A DNA stretch of 64,000 nt from Candidatus Omnitrophota bacterium (GTDB lineage: Bacteria > Omnitrophota > Gorgyraeia > VGKH01). The position numbers and the translations under genes were made by a program. The stretch covers positions 352,480-416,479 of the forward strand of contig JAKLEP010000002.1 of NCBI GenBank assembly GCA_022703055.1, in the 5' to 3' direction. How positions within the stretch are numbered: the first letter of the stretch is position 1; every line of letters starts with the position of its first letter. Shown here one piece after another: positions 56,078 through 64,000 of the stretch. Under the pieces are notes generated by a model that saw only the letters and a program-made list of their open reading frames with translations, searched no databases and had not been told where the DNA came from.

Positions 56078-57456
56078 GGCTTAATATTATCGGCTAATTG
56101 GCTTTTTCTCAATAAGATTCCAGACAACATCCCTATAAAGTAATACAGAGGAAGATTGTCGAACCCGCTTCCTACAGTCAAAAATGAAAAAATAGTTAGG
56201 ACTAAATAATAAAATATAAATATAACCATTCTATCTAAATAAATAAGGTTGTTCCTTCTCAGGATTAGTTCTTTGAATAAGCTAAAGCTTTTTAACATGC
56301 CCCCTAATAACATGATTAAAAGAAAGAACCCCCCGCCGATACCAAATGTACTTAGAATTGATAGATAAGCTCCATGTCCTCCACTAATTAGTTGTTCATC
56401 AATAAATTTTGAATATTCTAATTGCACAATGCCTCCATAGAAACCTATACCTTTGCCGAAAATAGGATTTTGTGCAAATATTAACCAATAATATTGATAA
56501 GTTGCAAGCCTTAATGGATCTTCACGATATAGGTTATTTATTCTCAATATGCTATTCAATTGTTCTGGGAGCCGTATATAATCTGAAAAATAAATAAAAA
56601 AAGCTATTATTAATAATAAAAATATAAATATTAAAATTATTTTTTTTCTTTCTGTTAAGAATAAATCAACGAGTAATAAAAGTATAAAACTAAAAAATAT
56701 TGTCTTCCCGCCTCCAATTACCGCGACTATAAAAAAACAAGCAAGAAAAACGTATTTTAATCTTGTTCTATAATAATAAGCCAGTACTGCGGGGATGCCT
56801 ATAATACATGCTTGATCAATTCCTCCCAATCTATGTCTCCATATTTGAGCACCCTCTTCTATGTAGTTAAATGCACTTCCAAAAAAAGGGATATAAAAAT
56901 CGCCAAAATAGCTTAGTATTCTTAAAATGCTAAGAATAAGGCTCGACAAAGCTAAAAAGCATAAGAATCTTTTTTCATTTATTCGATATTCTTTAAAATA
57001 AAATAAATTGATGAAAAAAATAAAAATTCCAGTAATGATATAAAAATATTCTTTAATTATAATTTTGTTATTTAAACTAATGCTAATTGGATCTCTTATA
57101 TAGCCTATAGCCGCCCAAACAAAAATAATACCTAGACCTGTAATAAATAAGGCGATATTCCTTGAGAATATTTTTTCGTTATTTTTGATGGCTAAAAATA
57201 CGGTCATAACGAACAGCGGTGGCGAAAGAACAAAAATAATGGGTAATTCGTTAATTGGCCCGAATGATGCAATGATTGGGAAAAGAGCACAAATAGAAAA
57301 AATTAAAAAATTGATTTTATATTTCCAAAAAGTAAATAAAAAAACAAAGAAAATAATTATTGGTAATATTGACCAATTAATAATTATTAATACGGATGAC
57401 AAAAAGGCCAACGTAACTATAAAGGGATTGGATAAAAAAGATGTTCTTTCTTTCAT
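56074..57456 (-). CDS. Polytopic membrane protein, O-antigen polymerase (Wzy)-like
   Basis: Has about 11-12 TM helices and a large loop containing WRHRLGG. It lies between the GT genes and wzx. Confidence 0.6.
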   Translation of the reverse strand: MKERTSFLSNPFIVTLAFLSSVLIIINWSILPIIIFFVFLFTFWKYKINFLIFSICALFPIIASFGPINELPIIFVLSPPLFVMTVFLAIKNNEKIFSRNIALFITGLGIIFVWAAIGYIRDPISISLNNKIIIKEYFYIITGIFIFFINLFYFKEYRINEKRFLCFLALSSLILSILRILSYFGDFYIPFFGSAFNYIEEGAQIWRHRLGGIDQACIIGIPAVLAYYYRTRLKYVFLACFFIVAVIGGGKTIFFSFILLLLVDLFLTERKKIILIFIFLLLIIAFFIYFSDYIRLPEQLNSILRINNLYREDPLRLATYQYYWLIFAQNPIFGKGIGFYGGIVQLEYSKFIDEQLISGGHGAYLSILSTFGIGGGFFLLIMLLGGMLKSFSLFKELILRRNNLIYLDRMVIFIFYYLVLTIFSFLTVGSGFDNLPLYYFIGMLSGILLRKSQLADNIKP

Positions 57457-57614
57457 TGTTTTTGACTTTTTCCGATGATTTTAATTTTTGAACCAACTGA
57501 TAAAAAATAACGAAATAGAACTTTCTTATTCATAATTTACGACTAATCTATCCTATTCTTTAATCACTATATAAATCTCAATTAAACATCAACTAATATT
57601 ACTTATCCCAGTTT

Positions 57615-59084
57615 TTAGATGCTAGTGGAACATCTAAAGAATTGTTTTATCGCTTTTTTCTCTTGCGAGTTGAATTCACGCAACCAAAGAAGAGCTAAAA
57701 AATAAACCAGTCCACCTATAAATATGCCTACAGCTAAATTTATCCATATCACTGATGTCAAGCCCTTGCCAATAAAATATACAACCGTTCCCATTATTGC
57801 TGTAGCACAAGATATCTTTATTAAAGATTTGAAAGGAAATTTCCAAGAGAAAATTCGTCGTGAAGTAAACACCATCAATATAAAAAGAAAAATATACGAG
57901 AATAAAGTAGTCAACGCCGCTGCCATATAACCGTATTTCGGAATAAAAATAAAATTAAGGCACATATTTAACAACCCTGATATCGAAATCGCAAATGTAA
58001 CAAAGCCTGTCCTTTTGTAAAATAGAAAGCCTATTTGAAAAAAACTTTGAAGACCCAAAAATAAAACTCCTAAGGTAATAAAGGAAATGATTTTGTATGC
58101 ATCATGATATTGCACTCCGGTCAAAATAGCGATCACGGGCTTAGAGAGAGCACTTAATCCTGCTACCGCAGGAATACATACCATCAAATAATAACGAGCT
58201 AGCTTACTTTCGTATTCCTTGGCTTTATCTACTCCGTCTCTTTCCCATATTTGCATTGAAATAGGCCCTGATGCTAATGCAAATAAACTAAAAAGAACCA
58301 TGATGCTTTTTTCTGCTATATTATAGCCGGCTGAATAAATTCCAACTTCTCTTGCACCTCTAAAAAACTCCAAAAAGTATCTATCAGATAGGCTTAATAT
58401 CCAAGCGGCAAGATTGCCAATTACCAAAGGAAAACTGTACGTTACCATTTTCTTCAATAAAGAATAATTTATTTGAAACTGCACAAACTTTATGTCTCTT
58501 ATTGACATTTTCCATAATAAAGGCGAGATTATAACTATGCTCAAAATAGCTCCCCAAAGCAAAGCTTCAATACCAAATTTAAACAAGATTACCAGTGCTA
58601 TTCCTAATCCAAAACCCATCATGCTTTTCCATATAGCAAACCCACTATATTGGTTTATCTGTCTTTTAGCCCTTAGAAAAGATTGAAATACTTCAAATAT
58701 AGCGTAAACGATAAAAACCCCTACCCCAAGGTACATCAAGGTCCTTAATGTTGGAGAAATATATTGCTTAATACAAAAAACAAAAATAAGAAATGCAATC
58801 GTTATGACCGCCGAAGAAATAAACATTAGATTAACTACATTTCCATAGAAAATTCCTAATTTTTTTTCTAGTTCATAAACAGGATAGAACCTTATTATCG
58901 ACATAGACAACCAACCTGATAATGTAGTTAATATCATTACTACTGCCATCGCTAAACTGTAGTTGCCATAAGCTTCGGGAGAAAAAAATCTGGTAATAAT
59001 AGGAGTGCTAATAATACTTACAATGGCCGGAATAATATGCGCCGGTAAATACTTAATCATATCTTTAATAAAATTTTTAACCAT
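57615..59084 (-). CDS. wzx: Oligosaccharide flippase, Wzx / MOP superfamily
   Basis: 489 aa with about 14 TM helices. The N-terminus is typical of polysaccharide biosynthesis protein family members. Confidence 0.8.
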   Translation of the reverse strand: MVKNFIKDMIKYLPAHIIPAIVSIISTPIITRFFSPEAYGNYSLAMAVVMILTTLSGWLSMSIIRFYPVYELEKKLGIFYGNVVNLMFISSAVITIAFLIFVFCIKQYISPTLRTLMYLGVGVFIVYAIFEVFQSFLRAKRQINQYSGFAIWKSMMGFGLGIALVILFKFGIEALLWGAILSIVIISPLLWKMSIRDIKFVQFQINYSLLKKMVTYSFPLVIGNLAAWILSLSDRYFLEFFRGAREVGIYSAGYNIAEKSIMVLFSLFALASGPISMQIWERDGVDKAKEYESKLARYYLMVCIPAVAGLSALSKPVIAILTGVQYHDAYKIISFITLGVLFLGLQSFFQIGFLFYKRTGFVTFAISISGLLNMCLNFIFIPKYGYMAAALTTLFSYIFLFILMVFTSRRIFSWKFPFKSLIKISCATAIMGTVVYFIGKGLTSVIWINLAVGIFIGGLVYFLALLWLREFNSQEKKAIKQFFRCSTSI

Positions 59085-59091
59085 GGCTAAA

Positions 59092-60534
59092 TTAACTTAA
59101 TGTGCCACCAAGTCCAATAGGTAGTTTTTGAATCAAATACAGGTATTTTTCTCTTTTTGATCTGGCGATATCATCAACGAATTCTATAAAAAACTCAACA
59201 TTGTCTCCCATTTTCTCTTTGAGCGTTGCGAGGATATACTGAGAGTCTTTTACGGTATAATCTGGCATCCTCACTATACGTAAAATCACCTCGCCCTGCA
59301 CCTCTTGATAGAACTGGAATTGCCACACATTATTAATAAATGAATATGGTATAGTAGTTAAAGGAATTAAATGTCCGGTTTTAGAGACAACAAAATCCTG
59401 CAATCTACCTTCTATTCTCTTAAGTAAATGATATGCCCTGCCACAGTTGCATCTTTCATTTGTCCAAACGGCTATATCTTTTGTCCTATATCTAATAAAA
59501 GGCATTGCATAATTATAAAAGCCGGTACCAACAATCTCCCCTAATGCGCCTTCTTGGCTTACTGGCTCATCCGACTGTCCAATTATTTCCGTTATGCCAT
59601 ATTCAGGGAAAATGTGAAATGTATTGTTTATTTCACATCCGCCAGCTAACACAACATGCTCTGTTTGACCATAAAAATCGAGAACCCTGCATTTAAAAAC
59701 TCGCTCTATTATTTCTCTTTGCCAAGAGAATAAAGTTTCTGAACAACAAAGGATAGCTTTAAGGGAAGAAACACAAGCTATTCCGTGCCGTTCCATAAAA
59801 CTAGCTAAGATAAAAATTAAAGAAGGCAAAGCCTGTATTGCCGTAGGTTTAAATTCCCTTATTTTCTTAACATACTTATATAAATTTTCTTCTGTCATTT
59901 GGTGAGGTGAAAGTATTAAATAATTATATATGGGATCCCATTCCCACCAATTCTCCTTATCTCTCGCCGATTTCTTGGGAGTATTTTCTCTTAAGATAAC
60001 ACATCTGTCGCCAATTTTATACCCGCTCCAATTCCACATACGCCATATAAATGCAGATTCAATCGAATCCGCTATTACTTTTTGATGATAGAGTATCAAT
60101 GGAATCCCTGTTGAGCCGCTTGTGCGAAGGGAAGCCAACTTAGACTTTGGTATATTTTTTGCTATCAGGTTATTAAGTTCTTTCATTATAATATCTTTTG
60201 TCAAACATGGAAGCTTCCGCAAATCTCTAAAAGACCTAATATCTTTAGGCAGTAACCTTCTTTCGTCAAATATCCTTCGGTAATAAGGAACATTTACGTA
60301 GCAGTGATTCAACAGATTTTGTAATTGCTGCATTTGATATTCTTCTAATTTTTCTCTACTCCAGTATTGTGATTTCTGAAGAAAGTCGTATGTTTTCCAA
60401 AAAGTTTTACTAAATCGAAAATAAAAGGGAATAATGCTATAAAGATATTTAAGCCCTTGTCTTATTGGAAATGGTAACTTCCTCACTAAAGCACGCATAT
60501 AGCTACCGCACTCTCTTTTTATATCTCTGAACAA
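59092..60534 (-). CDS. Adenylate-forming enzyme, phenylacetate-CoA ligase / CapK-like
   Basis: Contains the LRTSGSTGIPL AMP-binding motif. Its length and context resemble CapK-type capsule enzymes. Confidence 0.7.
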   Translation of the reverse strand: MFRDIKRECGSYMRALVRKLPFPIRQGLKYLYSIIPFYFRFSKTFWKTYDFLQKSQYWSREKLEEYQMQQLQNLLNHCYVNVPYYRRIFDERRLLPKDIRSFRDLRKLPCLTKDIIMKELNNLIAKNIPKSKLASLRTSGSTGIPLILYHQKVIADSIESAFIWRMWNWSGYKIGDRCVILRENTPKKSARDKENWWEWDPIYNYLILSPHQMTEENLYKYVKKIREFKPTAIQALPSLIFILASFMERHGIACVSSLKAILCCSETLFSWQREIIERVFKCRVLDFYGQTEHVVLAGGCEINNTFHIFPEYGITEIIGQSDEPVSQEGALGEIVGTGFYNYAMPFIRYRTKDIAVWTNERCNCGRAYHLLKRIEGRLQDFVVSKTGHLIPLTTIPYSFINNVWQFQFYQEVQGEVILRIVRMPDYTVKDSQYILATLKEKMGDNVEFFIEFVDDIARSKREKYLYLIQKLPIGLGGTLS

Positions 60535-60546
60535 TGCCTATCTTGT

Positions 60547-61737
60547 CTAAAATAAGTCTTTGACACAATGTATAGCCAATTTCTCATGAAAATCAGAAAT
60601 AAAATCTTCACGGATGCCACAATCACCTTCTCCGTATCGATAAATAAATAACTTAGAGATGCCTTCTAGATAATAATCATTATATAACTTTTCAAAATCG
60701 CTTTTACAGATAGGCTTTGCTGACTCTAGAAATATAGCACTATTAAGTTTGTTTTTCTCGCTGTAGATAAAAGGGTTATTAAGGAAAAAACCTCTCGTAC
60801 CTGTTGTTTCTGACAGTTGTTTAACCAAAAAACTCGAGGAGAATCCGCTATGAATTCGCAACCCCCATTTCTTTTTATATTGTAATACTCCATCTTTTAA
60901 AAATGGCCTTGTCAACCCTGATCCTAATCTTTTAAAACCTTTTCCTTTCAAGTGGAAAATAGAAAAATAGTATAGCGCACCTAAAGCACCATCTTTAATA
61001 TAATTTGAATTGCCATCTTTGACACCGAGATACCATAAGCGTGCTTTCGTTTTCGTGGAAATTATCAAAACCCCAGCTATATATTCTTTATCTTTCTTTA
61101 CAAGCATTAAATCGCAACCTTTGAATCTGTTTGCGATAAAATCATAGTCCATAACAATGGCTTCATTGCCATGAGCTTTTGTTATATATGGCAAATACAT
61201 GTTATAATAAAAATAATTCAATTGAGATAGTTCGTTTGTTAATTCAAAACATAATTTATTTTTTCTTATCCGCCTTAAGTCAGATTTAAGACTTTCTCTT
61301 GTTGTCAATGAATTGATGGCAGTGGCAATATCTATCTCTCCAGAAACCCAGCAAGGAATAAAAAAACAATTATTTTTGCTAAATAATACGCTGAGGACTG
61401 TAGACACTTCAGCAACCATAAGGGAACTATTATGTCTTTTTTCTTTAATCACTTTGAAGAAAACCCATAACCATATTTTGCCAAGATATTTCTCTTTATA
61501 AGAATCGCCAAATGCCAGTTTAGCCAAATAATTTTTATTTTTTTCACTTCCGGCGTAGCTAATATCTAGGTGTTGTTTGCTGCTGACTTCTTCGCCCTCT
61601 ATAGTCCATAGATCCAACCTAAAAATACTTAAGTATCTAAACACTGCTTTTAAGGGCAAAAATATCCAGCGAAAACAAACAGGAGTTTTACGATAAACCG
61701 TCCTCAACTTTAAAACAATTCTCTCAAAAATGTTCAT
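60547..61737 (-). CDS. Hypothetical protein, possibly GNAT/FemAB-like acyl- or aminoacyl-transferase
   Basis: The only support is a weak pattern resemblance in the C-terminal half (IAGVLIIS...LWYLGVKDG...GALGALYYF). It is translationally coupled to the neighbouring genes. Confidence 0.3.
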   Translation of the reverse strand: MNIFERIVLKLRTVYRKTPVCFRWIFLPLKAVFRYLSIFRLDLWTIEGEEVSSKQHLDISYAGSEKNKNYLAKLAFGDSYKEKYLGKIWLWVFFKVIKEKRHNSSLMVAEVSTVLSVLFSKNNCFFIPCWVSGEIDIATAINSLTTRESLKSDLRRIRKNKLCFELTNELSQLNYFYYNMYLPYITKAHGNEAIVMDYDFIANRFKGCDLMLVKKDKEYIAGVLIISTKTKARLWYLGVKDGNSNYIKDGALGALYYFSIFHLKGKGFKRLGSGLTRPFLKDGVLQYKKKWGLRIHSGFSSSFLVKQLSETTGTRGFFLNNPFIYSEKNKLNSAIFLESAKPICKSDFEKLYNDYYLEGISKLFIYRYGEGDCGIREDFISDFHEKLAIHCVKDLF

Positions 61738-63671
61738 GCCAATTTTATAAAAGTACTGATAGTTTTAGACTCCATACAATTGCCGCTATTGACTGATAAA
61801 ACTTTTGCCTTTGTTCTCTTACCATATGCCGGAGAATAATCATATTCTCTATTCTCTAATTCATAACCTTCAGTGTTAATTGAAGCTATTTTTCCCCCCG
61901 TTCTTTTTGAAAGAAAGCAGCCATTTTCAAAAGTTACATAAGGCGATAAATGAAATATCAATTCCCTACTTAACGGATCTTTGCATGAAACTGTGTCTTT
62001 GAATAACCAGTTTTTTGAGAACTTATCCAACATTACGATTCTTTTGTGTGTAATCCCTGCGTATCTAATTTCCCCTTCAAAAGTAACTTCGCCATCAGTC
62101 TCTCTTAGATCCGCAAACTCAATCTTTACCAAATCAGGTAAGCTGAATATATTTTTTTTACAGAACTCATTCTGTTCATAATTATTGAATTTAATTGCAT
62201 TGTGGTATTCTGTGGAACGGAATCTGTTTCTTTGGACTGGGTAAGAAGTATAGGCATAAGTACCAGGATCTACAATTATATCCTCGCCATTTAACATCAG
62301 CTCAAAACTTAACTTATCATTATGCGCGTGTCCGCCTCTGCCATCTTGTCCGTTTGGGCCGCAAGAGATAAAACAATAATCATTACCGTGACGCACAATA
62401 TACCATCCAGCATCCGCAAATGCCTTAGAAGCAAGTGGCCATTTCCTCAAAGACAGGCTTTGAAAAATCTCTACCCCCTCTTTCCCGAATACCCAAAAAG
62501 TCTCTTCATCAAACCCAAACTCTGAAAGATTAAATTCTGAATCCTTGTAATAAACAGCAGCGATGGATAATAGATATTTATGTTCAAGGACAGGCCGTTT
62601 ACAAAAGACAAGAAATCTTCCGTTGTCATTATCACCTATCTGGGGAATTCTACCGTTGGGCTTAACACTATAAAGCAAAAACTCAAACATTTTTCTTAGG
62701 CGCTGCTGATATTTAAAAGAAAAAACTGTACCATTGCGCTTCGCCAACAAATCACAATAAAAAAACATCTCCAAAGCAAGGCGATGATACGATGTCGAAG
62801 CTTCAAAATCGCATCCGTCAGGATAAACCTGATGTAGCATCTCTTTTTCTAATTCTTTTACGGCAAAGCTCTGCCATTTTTTACTTTCTTTAAAAAACGG
62901 ACAGTAAATCGAGATAAAAAATAATCCTGCGATATTAGCTAAATAATGATTATTTCTTACCGGCCTAGTCTTAAGGTAGTACCTAATGAATGCACCATGT
63001 TCATAAACACTGGTATAGAATTTTTCTAAGAATTCAATTGTGATGGTGCTGCTCCCAGAAAAATATTCTAACGCCACTAACCAATTAGCCGCTCGTATTG
63101 CCACATCCATAGTACTAAACCAGTTCACGCCGAATCCAATAGGATTATATCTAATCCAGTCACCAACTTGACTGACAAATTCCTGAGCATATTTCTCGTC
63201 TCTATTCAAAATGTAGGCTTGACCAAGAAAAATAAGATGTTGAAAGCGCGACAGTTCCCAAGGAACGATAACGTCCACTCCTTCTTTATCGCCAAAACGT
63301 ATATTTCTAAAAAATGTTTTGTGATTCCACTTAAAACCACTTTTAAAATCACTATGCCAGTCTATATCCTGATAACCTTCACCTTCTCCGCTTAACTTTT
63401 TCGGTCCGCTTCCTAACAGATCAAAGATATGCTCACAGACTAAATCAGATTCTTTAATTTTACTTTCTATCTTATCGGGGAATTGTTTTTTGAATAACTC
63501 CGCGATTTCAATGGTCTCACCTTTAATAAAGTATGTCAACGTAGCTCTAGGAGTACCTATTTGTTTTGGTTTGATATAAAAGAAATCGTAATACAAATAC
63601 TCAATCTTATAAAAGCATTCTCGAAAGGCTTTTTGTGGAATTTTAACAAAAATAAATTTTAATAAATTCAT
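61734..63671 (-). CDS. Heparinase II/III-like (alginate-lyase-fold) protein
   Basis: An N-terminal alpha/alpha toroid-like region carries NHYLANIAGL. The C-terminal block GRGGHAHNDKLSFEL is typical of the heparinase II/III family. Confidence 0.75.
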   Translation of the reverse strand: MNLLKFIFVKIPQKAFRECFYKIEYLYYDFFYIKPKQIGTPRATLTYFIKGETIEIAELFKKQFPDKIESKIKESDLVCEHIFDLLGSGPKKLSGEGEGYQDIDWHSDFKSGFKWNHKTFFRNIRFGDKEGVDVIVPWELSRFQHLIFLGQAYILNRDEKYAQEFVSQVGDWIRYNPIGFGVNWFSTMDVAIRAANWLVALEYFSGSSTITIEFLEKFYTSVYEHGAFIRYYLKTRPVRNNHYLANIAGLFFISIYCPFFKESKKWQSFAVKELEKEMLHQVYPDGCDFEASTSYHRLALEMFFYCDLLAKRNGTVFSFKYQQRLRKMFEFLLYSVKPNGRIPQIGDNDNGRFLVFCKRPVLEHKYLLSIAAVYYKDSEFNLSEFGFDEETFWVFGKEGVEIFQSLSLRKWPLASKAFADAGWYIVRHGNDYCFISCGPNGQDGRGGHAHNDKLSFELMLNGEDIIVDPGTYAYTSYPVQRNRFRSTEYHNAIKFNNYEQNEFCKKNIFSLPDLVKIEFADLRETDGEVTFEGEIRYAGITHKRIVMLDKFSKNWLFKDTVSCKDPLSRELIFHLSPYVTFENGCFLSKRTGGKIASINTEGYELENREYDYSPAYGKRTKAKVLSVNSGNCMESKTISTFIKLA

Positions 63672-64000
63672 AGATTCTGTATAAGAATTTTAACAATTCT
63701 GCTTGAGGTGTTACCATCCCAGTATTTAGGAACACGCCCTTTTTTAATCTTATCACTGAGAATTTGCTGCACGCAGAATAAGATTTCGCGTCTGTCTCTC
63801 CCAACCAAATAATTAGTTCCTTGCGAAATCGTCACGGGGCGCTCAGTATTCTCGCGCATCGTCAGACACGGCACATCCAAAACAGTGCTTTCTTCCTGTA
63901 TGCCACCGGAATCAGTCAATACAAAACTCGACTCTTTGACTAATTTTATAAAATCTATGTATCCCAGCGGATTGATCATCTTTAAGCCAGATAAGCTCTC
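63668..64000 (-). CDS. wecB: UDP-N-acetylglucosamine 2-epimerase, C-terminal part (5' end outside window)
   Basis: Contains LTDSGGIQEESTVLDVPCLTMRENTERP. The frame stays open upstream of the track's first Met through to position 64000 (ESLSGLKMINPLGY...). Confidence 0.85.
   Translation of the reverse strand, partial: ESLSGLKMINPLGYIDFIKLVKESSFVLTDSGGIQEESTVLDVPCLTMRENTERPVTISQGTNYLVGRDRREILFCVQQILSDKIKKGRVPKYWDGNTSSRIVKILIQNL

Noticed and set aside
57453-57533. 26-aa upstream ORF (MNKKVLFRYFLSVGSKIKIIGKSQKQ) whose TGA overlaps the ATG of the Wzy-like gene
   Set aside because: It has no Shine-Dalgarno sequence and lies in AT-rich sequence where short ORFs arise by chance. The ATGA overlap is suggestive but not sufficient evidence. 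Ribo-seq or conservation would be needed.
1-64000. CRISPR arrays, rRNA operons, transposases/IS elements, prophage or classical defence systems
   Set aside because: Reading both strands, I saw no regularly spaced direct repeats, no rRNA-like conserved stretches, and no DDE, serine or tyrosine recombinase, restriction-modification, or toxin-antitoxin-like ORFs.

Overview
AT-rich bacterial chromosomal window, probably from an uncultivated lineage, though I cannot place it from sequence alone. Every gene I can support lies on the minus strand: about 60 CDS, RNase P RNA and 2 tRNAs. All plus-strand ORFs in the track look like antisense shadows. Layout: (a) 1-11.1 kb is a tightly packed type IV pilus/T2SS-like motor operon. 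It holds PilC (cut by the window edge and absent from the ORF track) and two tandem PilB/GspE ATPases, interleaved with cyclic-di-GMP components: two stand-alone 153-aa MshEN-type domain proteins, a 1377-aa GGDEF-STAND ATPase-HEAT protein, and a TM-HAMP-GAF-degenerate GGDEF sensor. This is my best candidate for an undescribed system. (b) 11.2-45 kb is housekeeping: rodA-mrdA-mreDCB, aroA, rluD, lgt, lspA, dksA-like, ileS, MTA phosphorylase, proC, yggS, plsY, pgsA, lepB, lepA, cmk, tyrA-aroF-hisC-pheA, scpB, ruvA, ruvC, yebC, rnpB, rnhA, a tRNA pair, nadA and trxB. It is interrupted by one orphan 115-aa ORF flanked by structured non-coding RNA-like regions. (c) 45-47.6 kb encodes small secreted or membrane proteins of unknown role. 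(d) 47.7-64 kb is a Wzx/Wzy-type surface-polysaccharide locus. It contains a radical SAM/SPASM enzyme, a clan GH-A-like hydrolase, a CapK-like adenylating enzyme, a heparinase II/III-like protein and a 5'-truncated wecB. I saw no CRISPR array, rRNA, transposase, integrase or recognisable defence genes. All calls rest on reading the translations and sequence by eye. No database search was run.
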